Source: Escherichia phage ECOP18. Taken from it: DNA of 64,000 bases. This document shows, piece by piece, positions 45,732-55,944 of the stretch. The stretch lies in sequence record NC_105825.1. One strand, written 5' to 3'. The notes under the pieces are model-generated. The model did no database searches. It was not told the DNA's origin and saw nothing but the letters and a program-made list of their open reading frames with translations. The position numbers were made by a program, and so were the translations under genes. The stretch's first letter is position 1; each line of letters begins with the position of its first letter.

Positions 45732-47606
45732 ATGAATCGCAATGAAGAACTAAAGTATAAAGAAATGCAGGCGTTAATTAGAAACTGCAAAGAGATTATC
45801 GAAGGGTCAGCAGATGAAGAGCTGCTGTTTAATAATGCCAATAAACCCTCAGAACGTTTCCCTACACAAAGGGATATGCTTGCAGGTGAATTGAGTAAGT
45901 ATCTGATTCTAGAAGAAATGCCCATTCAGATTCGAAATGCTCATATGATTGGAGATATTCATTTCCATGATGCTGACTATGCTGCATTAGGTATGACTAA
46001 CTGTTGTCTGGTAGCTCTGGAAGATATGTTGAAGAATGGTATGAAGGTTGGTAATGCTGAAATTAGCACTCCAAACTCTATCACTACTGCGGCAGCTATT
46101 ACAGCTCAGATTATCACTCAGGTTAGCTCCCATCAGTATGGTGGTACTTCTGTAGATCGCCTTGATGAAGTATTAGCCCCTTATGTTCGTAAATCCTATG
46201 ACAAAAATCATGCGTTTGCAAAACGTTGGACTAAGGATGAAGCCAAAGCATCCGTAATGGCTACGGAGATGACTGAAAAAGAAGTCTATGATGCTTGTCA
46301 GGGTCTAGAGTATGAAATCAATACGATGTTCAACTCTAATGGTCAGAGTCCATTTATTACCTTTGGTTTTGGTCTAGGGACTTCTTGGGAAGCACGTCTA
46401 GTACAGAAAGCAATACTGAAAGTACGTATGGATGGCTTAGGCATCAATAAACGTACAGCTATCTTTCCGAAACTGGTGTTTGTTCTGCGTGATGGCGTAA
46501 ATATGAAGCCAGGAGATGTTAATTATGACGTCAAGAAGTTAGCTATGAAATGTACTGCTGAACGTATGTATCCAGATTATATCAGCTATGATAAGGTTGT
46601 AGAAGTTACTGGGGACTATAAAGTTTCTATGGGCTGCCGTTCATTCCTAGCTGCTACAGAAGATGGTGAAACTGCCGGTCGTAATAACTTAGGTGTTGTT
46701 TCTGTAAACTTGCCTAGAATTGCTATCGAAGCTGAAGGAAATATTGACCTATTCTTTGATTTGCTTGAGCTACGTGTAGATACAGCATTAAAAGCGTTGG
46801 AGTGGAGAGTTGATCGCTTAAAATACATTCAAGCTAAAGCTGCACCCATCCTCTATATGTCAGGAGCCTTTGGGTTACGTTTGGGGCCTGATGAATATGT
46901 ATTCGATCATTTCTATAACCGTGCTTCTGTATCTCTAGGGTATATTGGTTGCCATGAAATGCTACAGTTCATGTTTGGCAAAGATGTAGACACAATGTCC
47001 GAGACCTGCATCAAGTTTGTTCAGCGTGTATTGCAGTACATGCGGGATAGAGTCGATCAGAAGAAGGAAGAAACTAAGTTAGGTTATAGCCTGTATGCTA
47101 CACCATCAGAATCCCTATGTGACCGTTTTTGTCGTCTAGACCGTGAATACTTCCCGGAGCATGAAGATATTCTGTCCAAAGGATACTACACTAACTCTCA
47201 CCACCTTGATGTAGAACGTAAAGTTGCTCCCAATGTGAAATTTGATTATGAATCTAACTTTACGCCGATTGCTTCTGGTGGATGTATTTCCTATGTAGAA
47301 CTACCGGATATGAAACGATTCCCAGATGCACTGGAATGGGTTATTAATTATGCTGCTAGTAAGGTTCATTACTTCGGTATTAATACTCCAGTGGATTCTT
47401 GTGGTAAATGTGGATTCTTAGGTGAAACAATAGCATCCGAAGATGGGTTTAAGTGCCCTATCTGTGGTAATCATGACCCTGAAACTCTTGAAGTAACTCG
47501 TCGAGTTTGTGGGTATCTTGGAAATCCGGGTGCTCGTCCATTTAACCCCGGCAAACAGCACGAGGTTATGGGCAGAGTGAAACATCAGGATATTCGAGCT
47601 AAATAA
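45732..47606 (+). CDS. nrdD: anaerobic ribonucleotide reductase (class III)
   Basis: 624 aa; C-terminal Zn-ribbon cysteines (CGKCGF...CPICG) and glycyl-radical motif RRVCGYLG. Confidence 0.8.
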   Translation: MNRNEELKYKEMQALIRNCKEIIEGSADEELLFNNANKPSERFPTQRDMLAGELSKYLILEEMPIQIRNAHMIGDIHFHDADYAALGMTNCCLVALEDMLKNGMKVGNAEISTPNSITTAAAITAQIITQVSSHQYGGTSVDRLDEVLAPYVRKSYDKNHAFAKRWTKDEAKASVMATEMTEKEVYDACQGLEYEINTMFNSNGQSPFITFGFGLGTSWEARLVQKAILKVRMDGLGINKRTAIFPKLVFVLRDGVNMKPGDVNYDVKKLAMKCTAERMYPDYISYDKVVEVTGDYKVSMGCRSFLAATEDGETAGRNNLGVVSVNLPRIAIEAEGNIDLFFDLLELRVDTALKALEWRVDRLKYIQAKAAPILYMSGAFGLRLGPDEYVFDHFYNRASVSLGYIGCHEMLQFMFGKDVDTMSETCIKFVQRVLQYMRDRVDQKKEETKLGYSLYATPSESLCDRFCRLDREYFPEHEDILSKGYYTNSHHLDVERKVAPNVKFDYESNFTPIASGGCISYVELPDMKRFPDALEWVINYAASKVHYFGINTPVDSCGKCGFLGETIASEDGFKCPICGNHDPETLEVTRRVCGYLGNPGARPFNPGKQHEVMGRVKHQDIRAK

Positions 47607-47614
47607 GCTAATCA

Positions 47615-47647
47615 GCCGGGTTGCTAGTCGACCTGGCTTTTATTTTA
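47615..47647 (+). terminator. putative terminator after nrdD
   Basis: agccgggt...acctggct imperfect hairpin followed by ttttatttt. Confidence 0.4.
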
Positions 47648-47648
47648 T

Positions 47649-47677
47649 TTGCTTTCAGCCAAAAATTTATATATAAT
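47649..47677 (+). promoter_or_regulatory. early-family promoter (TTGCTT-17-TATAAT), plus strand
   Basis: Same hexamers and conserved leader ATAGATTTATAAATTTGAGAGGAG. Confidence 0.6.
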
Positions 47678-47705
47678 AGATTTATAAATTTGAGAGGAGA
47701 AAGCT

Positions 47706-47987
47706 ATGAGCGAGTTGCTTCCTAAAGTAGATGTCTCCCATCTTGGAGAGCCTAGTGAAGAACGTAAGGCTCTAGATTGGTTGGGTGGATTTGATTATCG
47801 TCGTGTTGTTGCAACATGGAATGATAAGAAAGTTAAGAAGTTTCGGGTACATTATGTAGGTAAAGACAAGTGGCTCTGGATTGATTATGAAGAATCGAAG
47901 GGATCTACTAAGGCTGTGAAAATTTATCGTATGTATGGGTATTATTATGCCCACTGTGATAAGAATGAATTTACAGTACAGAACTAA
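47706..47987 (+). CDS. hypothetical protein
   Basis: ORF track 93 aa. Confidence 0.55.
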   Translation: MSELLPKVDVSHLGEPSEERKALDWLGGFDYRRVVATWNDKKVKKFRVHYVGKDKWLWIDYEESKGSTKAVKIYRMYGYYYAHCDKNEFTVQN

Positions 47988-47996
47988 GGAACAAGA

Positions 47997-48200
47997 ATGA
48001 AAAACGTAAAACATCTTAAATATCGCTTAATTTACAACGGACGTATGGAAACAGAAGACCTGGCCCAGTTAGCTATTAATTCTAATGAGGTTACAGTGCG
48101 TGCGCTGGCAATTGAAAAGTTGCGTGCCTCTTATGAAAATCGTGTTATGGAATTGGAGGAGAAACTTTATGGCATTCTCGAAGCCGATGCTACCAGATAA
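47997..48200 (+). CDS. hypothetical protein
   Basis: ORF track 67 aa. Confidence 0.45.
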   Translation: MKNVKHLKYRLIYNGRMETEDLAQLAINSNEVTVRALAIEKLRASYENRVMELEEKLYGILEADATR

Positions 48201-48390
48201 GGGTTTAAACGCCGCTTTGGAAAACGCATTAATGCAGCACTGGGAAACTGGTTATAAGGATGGTGTTGAATCCTGCGCTACTATGTTAGAAGTTATTGCT
48301 AATACCTTAATGGAGAAAGGCAATAAAGAATTAGCTGAGCTATTAGACAGTATTGGGCAAAACTTCAGAGAACAGGTGAAAAATGCGTAG
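48169..48390 (+). CDS. hypothetical protein
   Basis: ORF track frame; start moved to MAFSKP with RBS ggaggag. Confidence 0.4.
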   Translation: MAFSKPMLPDKGLNAALENALMQHWETGYKDGVESCATMLEVIANTLMEKGNKELAELLDSIGQNFREQVKNA

Positions 48391-49210
48391 ATTAATTATT
48401 ATTAGCGGTGCAGGTTTGAGTGTTGAAAGTGGTGTACGAGCTTTTCGTACTGATACTGCTAGTGGTAAAGCACTGTGGGATGATTATGATCTAGAAGAAG
48501 TATGTAATATTCATGCCTTTCGTGGTAATTTTTATCATAAAACCCATATGTTTTACAACAAGCGTCGTGAAGAGCTAAAAACTGTTGAACCCAATCTTGC
48601 ACATTTGCGTATTGGTGAATGGTATAAACAATATCCAGGTCAAGTAGTAAACTTGACTACCAATGTTGATGACCTTATTGAACGTGCAGGCGTTCCACAT
48701 AGCGACATTCTGCACATTCACGGATATTTAAAAGAGGTTGTTGTAGCTGACAGCTACAATAGTAGTAATAAACGAATTATTGATGTTGGGTATAACTCTA
48801 TTGACCCAGATGATTATAAATGGGTTAAACCTAATGTAATCTTCTTTGGTGAGCATGCTCCAGCATATACAGAAATGTACAATGTTTTTGATGGTATTAC
48901 CAGTCAAGATATGATCATTGTGGTTGGTTGCTCTAACCAAGTAATTAACTTCTACTGGGAATTATTTCCTGTTCTTAATTTGACTGCTGCCAAATTAATG
49001 GTAGTTAACTACTATGATAGTGCCCTAGCGACAGAGCCAGGCTATCAAGGTATGACTCGTAGTGAGATGTACCAGTTGGAAGAACGCGGTGTCCCTTACT
49101 GGAGTAAAGGTGCGGTAGATGCTTTCAGTGATCCTGATTTTATTGCTCGTGTGGAAGCTCATTTAGAGGGTAGACCTTATATGCTGGGGAACAGACATGT
49201 CCATAGTTAA
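48383..49210 (+). CDS. Sir2-family (NAD-dependent) protein
   Basis: 275 aa; N-terminal IIISGAGLSVESGVRAFR matches the Sir2 GAG(I/L)S.ESG(I/V).(T/A)FR NAD-binding motif. Confidence 0.6.
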   Translation: MRRLIIISGAGLSVESGVRAFRTDTASGKALWDDYDLEEVCNIHAFRGNFYHKTHMFYNKRREELKTVEPNLAHLRIGEWYKQYPGQVVNLTTNVDDLIERAGVPHSDILHIHGYLKEVVVADSYNSSNKRIIDVGYNSIDPDDYKWVKPNVIFFGEHAPAYTEMYNVFDGITSQDMIIVVGCSNQVINFYWELFPVLNLTAAKLMVVNYYDSALATEPGYQGMTRSEMYQLEERGVPYWSKGAVDAFSDPDFIARVEAHLEGRPYMLGNRHVHS

Positions 49211-49379
49211 ATCTGTGTATACACATCCTGATGATATATTTGTATGGGCGGACGGTAGTTGGTGCTATCGCTGTGAGCTGTGGGAAATGGACTATAAATC
49301 CGATGACTATGGTGTTATATATGTTGATACGGTTGAGTATGATACGTTCTTAGAAAGGAACAAAGATGGAAATAAGTAA
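49197..49379 (+). CDS. hypothetical protein
   Basis: ORF track 60 aa. Confidence 0.4.
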   Translation: MSIVKSVYTHPDDIFVWADGSWCYRCELWEMDYKSDDYGVIYVDTVEYDTFLERNKDGNK

Positions 49380-49872
49380 TACTCCAATTATTTTTCTAGA
49401 CATTGATGGGGTGCTCAATTCGAGCATCTCCCACCATCATGCACCTGATGATGAAAAGATTTTCTTTGGAAGTGATTGGGTTTTCAAACCGCTTCTCAAG
49501 GCTTTTCAAGACTTTATTCGTTCTTCTCCAATAATGATTGTTGGGGTATCTTCATGGTTCTCTGTCAGGAATGAGATGGAGAACGTTCAGATTATGACCG
49601 GATTAGATCTTATCAATCGTTTTATTGGTACAACGGATTTTACTGGTGGTGGGCTATCTAGGGGTAATTCTGTTCTTCGCTTCGTTGAAAAGCATAAGCT
49701 CAAACATTGGTGTGTGCTGGATGATGCTGGTGCTATGATGTATCAGTACCCAACGGTTATAGTCAATGGTAGAACTGGAATAAACCTTCAAGATTTAAGA
49801 GCTGTTAGCTATATGTTAGAATTTAGTCCAGATCTTGAAATGTGTAAAGCTCTACAACAACTTAAGGTGTAA
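49366..49872 (+). CDS. HAD-superfamily phosphatase-like protein
   Basis: 168 aa; N-terminal FLDIDGVLN (DxDGV motif I). Confidence 0.5.
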   Translation: MEISNTPIIFLDIDGVLNSSISHHHAPDDEKIFFGSDWVFKPLLKAFQDFIRSSPIMIVGVSSWFSVRNEMENVQIMTGLDLINRFIGTTDFTGGGLSRGNSVLRFVEKHKLKHWCVLDDAGAMMYQYPTVIVNGRTGINLQDLRAVSYMLEFSPDLEMCKALQQLKV

Positions 49873-49874
49873 AT

Positions 49875-50300
49875 ATGTTCAATAATGTATTTTCTAAAGC
49901 TAACCCAATTTTGGTTAATTTTTGGCGTACTCTTCCAGCCAACCTGTATAATGAGGCTATTAACTCTTTGAAAATATGGTGTGAGAATAACGAAATCTCC
50001 TTTGCTTTTAAAGATGATATTGATGAGGCCCCTTGTATTGGTTTAATTGTTCAGGTAGAGGAGGGTCTTGAAGAGATTGTGGGCTGGAAAGAGTTAGACG
50101 AAATGGGCTTAGTTTTTGCGTTAAATTATAAGCTGTTTATGCCTGCTAAGCATCGCCTTGTTGTTAACTATAAAACTAGTGAATCTCCTGGTTTTCAGGT
50201 TAATGAACGTTATGGTTGGTCTTACTCACCGGAAGAAGTAAATGAGGGGATTCAGAAACTTCGACGTTTCGGGTATATGATCCCAGGTTTAACTGCTTAA
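49875..50300 (+). CDS. hypothetical protein, paralog A
   Basis: 141 aa; shares P/CIG, MGL(I/V)xALN(F/Y) and (I/M)PGL(N/T) segments with the next ORF. Confidence 0.55.
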   Translation: MFNNVFSKANPILVNFWRTLPANLYNEAINSLKIWCENNEISFAFKDDIDEAPCIGLIVQVEEGLEEIVGWKELDEMGLVFALNYKLFMPAKHRLVVNYKTSESPGFQVNERYGWSYSPEEVNEGIQKLRRFGYMIPGLTA

Positions 50301-50309
50301 GGAGGCAGA

Positions 50310-50702
50310 ATGGAACAAGTATATTGGCGTCAGATTGATCCTAGTTTGGTGAAGCGTGCGGAGAAGCTGCTACAACGTTGGTTGGGGGTAAGACAAGCCT
50401 CCTTCACTTTTCCGGAGCAGCAAATAGACGATCCCTGTATTGGTGTTTTCCTATCAGGCTACGCTAGGGAATGGGAATTGGATTGGAATGAGTTGTCTGC
50501 TATGGGTTTAATTGTTGCCCTAAATTTCTCTTTGTTACACCCACGTGGTTTGGCTATATGTCGTGTGCCCGATGATGGTTGTTCGCCCCATCTTTTACAG
50601 GTGGAAGATGATATTTTGGAGTACACTCCAGATATTCTCAAAGAAGCTAAAGAACAATTAAACCGTGTTGGGATCTATGTTCCAGGCCTGAATGATGAAT
50701 GA
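50310..50702 (+). CDS. hypothetical protein, paralog B
   Basis: 130 aa; tandem paralog of 49875-50300. Confidence 0.55.
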   Translation: MEQVYWRQIDPSLVKRAEKLLQRWLGVRQASFTFPEQQIDDPCIGVFLSGYAREWELDWNELSAMGLIVALNFSLLHPRGLAICRVPDDGCSPHLLQVEDDILEYTPDILKEAKEQLNRVGIYVPGLNDE

Positions 50703-50793
50703 TTTTTATTAGCTGAACTTTGTAATCCGGGCTATTAGTGCTCGGATTATTACATAATCTTTTCAGTCGATTGACAGTCAAAATAAATTGTCG

Positions 50794-50822
50794 TTGACAA
50801 TTTGGATGGATTATGTAATAAT
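50794..50822 (+). promoter_or_regulatory. sigma70-like promoter (TTGACA with an AT-rich -10 region)
   Basis: TTGACA at 50794 and also at 50771; -10 register ambiguous (TGTAATAAT). Confidence 0.4.
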
Positions 50823-50841
50823 ATATGTATTGGAGGTGAGG

Positions 50842-51294
50842 ATGTCATTCACACAGCAAGAACTTTTAGATAACTTCCGATATGAAGATGGTAAGTTATT
50901 TAGAACTACAGGAAGAAATGCAGGGAAAGAATGTTGTGTTTCTACGGGTAACGGATATTACCGTATATCTCTAGGGAATAGGACTATGCTTCGGCATAGA
51001 GCAATATTTTTAATGCACCATGGATACTTACCTGATTTAGTAGATCATGTGAACACTATAAAAGGTGATGATCGTATTGAAAATCTTAGAGAGCAGACGG
51101 TATCCGGTAATCTAAGAAATATCAAATACAAGAAAGGAATGCATGTTTACCCTTCTGGTAGTAAGAACTGGCAAGTAGTATTTACTATTAACCGTAAACG
51201 GATAGTTAAAGGAACATATGACAACTATGAGGTTGCATGTTCTATGGCCAAGATGTTTAGAGGTCAATTATACGGTAGGGAATCAATCCAGTAA
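50842..51294 (+). mobile_element. HNH homing endonuclease (free-standing)
   Basis: ORF track frame, start moved to MSFTQQ with RBS ggaggtgagg; HRAIFLMHHGYLPDLVDHVNTIKGDDRIENL is the same motif family as 9185-9598. Confidence 0.6.
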
Positions 51295-51299
51295 AATTT

Positions 51300-51828
51300 C
51301 ATTTGCAAGGGAGTATTATTTTATAGTATAATATTCCCATAAATGAGAGACATTAGTAAAAATTGATTTTGCTAATTTTTCTTGTTTACAATCCGCGATA
51401 CGGAACAGTTAGGCTGCCCCATTAAGGGTTGTTTTAACTGTTACGTGTTAGTTTTTAAACAAATAATTAATAGAATACTTAGCGATCTACATCCCGTAGG
51501 AACCCTGGTAAGGCCTCGAAGCAACCTAGTGTGAGGTGGTTGTGAAGTGAGACGGGAAGAGTGAAAAACTCTGAGAAGTGATGACGTAAGGTATACTGCA
51601 TCTAGTATGAGCTAGTACATGAAGCATTAGGTGAGCAAATCTGGCTTAGCGGCCATCCTCAAGGATTTGTGCGGTATAGTGAAGCGGCAGTGTAGCGTGA
51701 AAGGGGAAGTTGCCACCCCCCTTCAGTATTTGCGATTAATTGTTGAGAAATTGACAGTAACAGTTGTTCTATTCTTTCTGAATAGTCCTAAAGAAAACTT
51801 ATTTCATATCCAACACAGGAGTATTGTT
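51300..51828. other. 530-bp ORF-poor region, GC-richer than its surroundings
   Basis: No RBS-preceded ORF; several GC hairpins; sits between the HNH gene and the large helicase gene. Confidence 0.4.
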
Positions 51829-54618
51829 GTGTTCTCAATCCTACAAGGTCATGCAGGATTTCATCGTGATTTAGCCACAGGCAATTGGCGAGAAGTTAAA
51901 GCAGAAGACTATCTTTTTGCTAAAAGATTTTCCTCAAAGCATCCTGAAGGTAAACCAGCTTCAATGCCCTTCAAGTTTGATGTAATTGATGAAGTTGATC
52001 CTCAAACCCTAGTAGAAATGCTTCCTCTTATGAGACGTTTAACGTCTGACCCTCATATCGTTGCGGTACGAGGTCGATGTCTTGCACCTAAAAATAATGT
52101 GCGACGTAAGAAGGGCAACTTTAATGTATCTAACCCAAGTCATATAATCGCAATGGATGTGGATGGTATTGTAGATACAGGTGGTTGTAACAAGTTTGAT
52201 CTTGTTGGCATGGCTCGACATATTATTAGAATGTTAAATAGTATTAGTGAGGATATGTTCCCTCTTGATGCAGGGTTTATCGCTCATGCATCGTCTTCGG
52301 CTGGGCTAAAACCAGGTATCCGAATGCACTTAATACTAGAATCTAATGTTAAAGTAACTCAGGGTCAAATCAAATTCTTATTTACATCTATCAACGAAAG
52401 TAGTAGACAAAAGTATGGCTTTGATATTGCCGACTTAGCTTATTACTCTTCCGTACAGCTTCATTATTTTGCAGATCCGTTATTTATCGATGGTATAGTA
52501 GATCCGTTTAAAGCGGAGGGTGCTTCACGTCTGGTATTTGTTAAGGGTTCTAAAGTAAATTTACCCAATAATCTGGTTGACTATGAAACAACTAGAGGAG
52601 AGTTTAAAGAGGAGTTCTACTCCTTACTCGATCAAATTAAAGGTAAAAAGGCTGCCTCTGATAAAGTAGAAGAAACCATCAGCGAGTTAGAAGAAGCCGA
52701 GGATGGAGTGTATCTACGTATTATTCCTAAACTCTATCACAGAGCTTTAGAGGATGGTGTTGATTTTGCATGGCTAGAAAAAGAAATCCGCCCAGCCTTA
52801 TCAGAATATATTGCAACTAAAGATAATAGTCGTAATATTCAAGACTACTTTAATAACGGTCGTAAACAGGCTCTGAAAGCGTTTGTTAATAATTCTAAAC
52901 GCGATATACCTGATGTTTTAAAAGGTATTCCACTTAAAAAGCTAGAAACTAATTCTCTAGAAACTGATAACTTCTTGAAATTAAACACTGTACCACCAGA
53001 AGGTTATATGACTTTTGTAAAAGCAAGTCTAGGTACAGGTAAAACTACGGCGGTTGTGCGTTGGTTGGATTCAGGAGTTATTAAAGGTAATTTCTTAGCA
53101 ATTACCAATACTCGAGCACTGGTATCTTCAAATGCTAAGAAATTTAGTGCAGGACAATATGATAAGTCTGTAGATATGCTTAATTTTAAGCGTGGTGCTA
53201 TTGACCGTATGTCCACAACTATTCACTCTTTGCATAAATTCAAGAGTTTTATTGGTCAAATTGACGCAATCTTTATCGATGAATGTGATGCAGTAATGAA
53301 TGACCTATTATTCGCCCCGGTTGTTAAGCAACGTCGCGAGTGTATTCAGGTTCTTAGGGATATTCTTGCAACTGCAAAAATCATTATATTATCCGATGGT
53401 GATATTAGTGCGGAAACAATTGAAGCATATGGTTCTTTGATTGAGTTCGATAAACCAGTTGCATTCTATAATCATCACCGTAAGATGCTGTCAAAAGCTC
53501 ATGCTTATGAGTTCCCTGATGAATCCAGTATTTGGGTTGCACTTCAGACTTCTCTAGAGATGGGTGAGAAATCTATTCTAGTATCTGATTGTGGTCCTGA
53601 TGAGCTGAATGAGAAGGGTATGGCACTACGTCGTAATACTGGTGCGTTAGTTAAGGAAATCCATTCAAACTCCACCTCAGATGTGGATATTCGACGTATT
53701 CTGGATTATACAACTAATGAGCTAATTGATCAACAAATTGATTGCTTATTATGTAGTCCATCCGTAACGAGTGGCGTTGACTTCAACTATTTCGATAATG
53801 TATTTGTTATTACTAGAACCAGTAATCAAGCGCCAAACATGCGTTTTCAAGCAATCAGGCGCGACCGTGGTGCTCAGAACATCTATTATTTTATTGATAA
53901 ATCCACAAGTGGATTCTCCGCAGGTTCTGAACAATATAACATTGATGAGGGTTGGCTGGAGTTAGCACAGCAATTATACGCACGTCGTAGGGAGCTGGAA
54001 TCTAGGAACTATACTAGTACTTTACGTTATTACTTGCTTGATCAGGGTGCAACTATTGATATTTTCAGCGAAAGCTGGGGAACTATTGAAGGTGCTGGTA
54101 AAGAGTACACAGAAGAGCGAATCAAAGCTATTCTGCACTCAACTCCTGATTATTGTGCTCCACGTCATGCGGATGCGTATGAGGCTAAACTACTTCTTGT
54201 TCGCTATTATCATCTTGGGTCTATTAAAGATGTAACAGTTGAGCATGTTGAACAATATATCAAAGATAAACCGAATGATCGAGCTGCATTCTTCCATAAG
54301 ATGCACGAGATGTTCTGGGAAGATATTAAGAAGTGTTCAAATGTTACTATCAAACCATTCATAGAAGCTCTGAAAGGTAAGAAGAAAGATTTCTTCCTTA
54401 AAACAGGTCAGAGTGCTAACCCAAAATATGCTAGAATGTATCTTGGTATGATGGGTATTGGTAAGGATATGAACACTGAAAATATTGTAGACTGGTACAG
54501 AACCTATTGTAAAATCGAGTGTATGCCAATTCCTTATAAGTTCATGACTGACGAGGAAAAACATATGCATGATGAAGCAATGTCAGAGCTAGGTGCTAGA
54601 AATGACAGTGAAGAATAA
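51829..54618 (+). CDS. SF2-type helicase / putative replication-origin-binding protein
   Basis: ORF track frame, start moved to GTG after RBS aggag; Walker A SLGTGKTT and DECD box (IFIDECDAV); about 929 aa. Confidence 0.6.
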   Translation: MFSILQGHAGFHRDLATGNWREVKAEDYLFAKRFSSKHPEGKPASMPFKFDVIDEVDPQTLVEMLPLMRRLTSDPHIVAVRGRCLAPKNNVRRKKGNFNVSNPSHIIAMDVDGIVDTGGCNKFDLVGMARHIIRMLNSISEDMFPLDAGFIAHASSSAGLKPGIRMHLILESNVKVTQGQIKFLFTSINESSRQKYGFDIADLAYYSSVQLHYFADPLFIDGIVDPFKAEGASRLVFVKGSKVNLPNNLVDYETTRGEFKEEFYSLLDQIKGKKAASDKVEETISELEEAEDGVYLRIIPKLYHRALEDGVDFAWLEKEIRPALSEYIATKDNSRNIQDYFNNGRKQALKAFVNNSKRDIPDVLKGIPLKKLETNSLETDNFLKLNTVPPEGYMTFVKASLGTGKTTAVVRWLDSGVIKGNFLAITNTRALVSSNAKKFSAGQYDKSVDMLNFKRGAIDRMSTTIHSLHKFKSFIGQIDAIFIDECDAVMNDLLFAPVVKQRRECIQVLRDILATAKIIILSDGDISAETIEAYGSLIEFDKPVAFYNHHRKMLSKAHAYEFPDESSIWVALQTSLEMGEKSILVSDCGPDELNEKGMALRRNTGALVKEIHSNSTSDVDIRRILDYTTNELIDQQIDCLLCSPSVTSGVDFNYFDNVFVITRTSNQAPNMRFQAIRRDRGAQNIYYFIDKSTSGFSAGSEQYNIDEGWLELAQQLYARRRELESRNYTSTLRYYLLDQGATIDIFSESWGTIEGAGKEYTEERIKAILHSTPDYCAPRHADAYEAKLLLVRYYHLGSIKDVTVEHVEQYIKDKPNDRAAFFHKMHEMFWEDIKKCSNVTIKPFIEALKGKKKDFFLKTGQSANPKYARMYLGMMGIGKDMNTENIVDWYRTYCKIECMPIPYKFMTDEEKHMHDEAMSELGARNDSEE

Positions 54619-54621
54619 AAA

Positions 54622-54835
54622 ATGGGAAACAAGGAAGTTTCCAGTAAAAGAACGTAAAGTTCCTATTTATGATACTTCGGAAAAGCTATGTAGGGTGGTA
54701 CCGCACAGATTAGCTGGCATCCCTAACATATCCGAATGGTTACTTAAACAACGGAGGACTAACGTATCCCTTCGCATAGGGTTTGAGTTAGATAAAGTAT
54801 ACGCTGAACTTTCTTCTTTGCTCAAAGAATCATAA
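54622..54835 (+). CDS. hypothetical protein
   Basis: ORF track frame, start moved to MGNKEV. Confidence 0.35.
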
Positions 54836-54844
54836 AAAATTTAT

Positions 54845-54873
54845 TTGCTTTCAGGAAAATTTTTCTGTATAAT
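54845..54873 (+). promoter_or_regulatory. early-family promoter (TTGCTT-17-TATAAT), plus strand
   Basis: Consensus hexamers and conserved leader. Confidence 0.6.
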
Positions 54874-54904
54874 AGATTCATAAATTTGAGAGAGGAGTTT
54901 AAAT

Positions 54905-55609
54905 ATGGCTGGTTCTCGCAGGAAGAAACATATCCATGAAATCCCGGATGAAGTCTTTAAAAAAGTTATAGAGCATCTGGAGAACGGTGGTACTAAGAAA
55001 GCAGCATGTGAAATGCTCGGCGTATCCTCCAATCCGACTATGGAAAGGATGATAGAAGAGTGGCAAGATCGCCAAATTCAAGTTGCCGAGATGAAGAAAA
55101 AGAAACGTGGTACACTCATTGAAGGTATTGAGTTGGCCAACGTTATTGAACAGTATCTATCTGGTGATTCCTTTGAGGAGATTGCCGATCGTAATTATCG
55201 TTCTGTAGCAATGGTTAAATCTGTTCTGGAACGCTATGGTGCTCTGCTTCGTTTGAATGATATTGTAGACCCATTGAATCCGCCAATTATTCCTGATGAT
55301 GCTGTAGCAGAAGAATTTGAGATAGGCGAGCTTGTTTGGGTTCCTGGATACCAGTGTATTGGTGAAATCAAAAAAGCAATGGATAACCCCGTTGGTTGCT
55401 ACCGTGTATGGCTTCTATCGGAAGGCAAACAACAGAATGTTCATTATATGAATTATGAATTAGCTTCTGTAAAGCATTTGGAAAAGCTGGGGGTAGATGT
55501 AAAATCTCTGGGATATAAATGGACTCGGGAAGAAGTCATTACATTGATTAACGAAGCTGTTAAGGCTGCCCTGAAACTTGATAAAGAAAAAGGAAAACGC
55601 CGTGAGTAA
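54905..55609 (+). CDS. putative HTH DNA-binding protein
   Basis: 234 aa; GGTKKAACEMLGVSSNPTMERM resembles a helix-turn-helix. Confidence 0.45.
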   Translation: MAGSRRKKHIHEIPDEVFKKVIEHLENGGTKKAACEMLGVSSNPTMERMIEEWQDRQIQVAEMKKKKRGTLIEGIELANVIEQYLSGDSFEEIADRNYRSVAMVKSVLERYGALLRLNDIVDPLNPPIIPDDAVAEEFEIGELVWVPGYQCIGEIKKAMDNPVGCYRVWLLSEGKQQNVHYMNYELASVKHLEKLGVDVKSLGYKWTREEVITLINEAVKAALKLDKEKGKRRE

Positions 55610-55838
55610 ACTAACTGATTTACTTAAAGATGGAGATGTAAAATATCTCCAGCGGGATAGCTGGGAAAATAGTAAAGAATATACTGTACTATTGAAATTT
55701 GACGTAGACAGCAATACTGTACGCCAATACGTGTGGATGCCTTCAGACACTACGCTGCTGCCTAGTGATGAAGAGGTTGAATTAACACTAGACGAAGCTC
55801 TAGCGGATGATTGGGAGATTGTTGAGCTAGATGTGTAG
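55578..55838 (+). CDS. hypothetical acidic protein
   Basis: ORF track 86 aa. Confidence 0.45.
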   Translation: MIKKKENAVSKLTDLLKDGDVKYLQRDSWENSKEYTVLLKFDVDSNTVRQYVWMPSDTTLLPSDEEVELTLDEALADDWEIVELDV

Positions 55839-55858
55839 CAATTACCGAAAAATTTCAG

Positions 55859-55887
55859 TTGCTTAATCCTACAATTCTTGATATAAT
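55859..55887 (+). promoter_or_regulatory. early-family promoter (TTGCTT-17-TATAAT), plus strand
   Basis: Consensus hexamers. Confidence 0.6.
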
Positions 55888-55944
55888 ATTCTCATAGTTT
55901 GAAAGAACTATTCTGTTTAATTCTTAATTAAGGAAATATAAAAT

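Noticed and set aside
45710-45925. 71-aa minus-strand ORF
   Set aside because: Overlaps the nrdD start and promoter on the opposite strand.
39332-47606. Group I introns in thyA, nrdB or nrdD (as known in T4)
   Set aside because: All three reading frames are continuous with conserved motifs in order; no interruption seen.
51631-51828. N-terminal 66 codons of the 995-aa ORF
   Set aside because: No RBS at 51631; the segment belongs to the GC-richer non-coding stretch; a GTG with RBS at 51829 is a better start.
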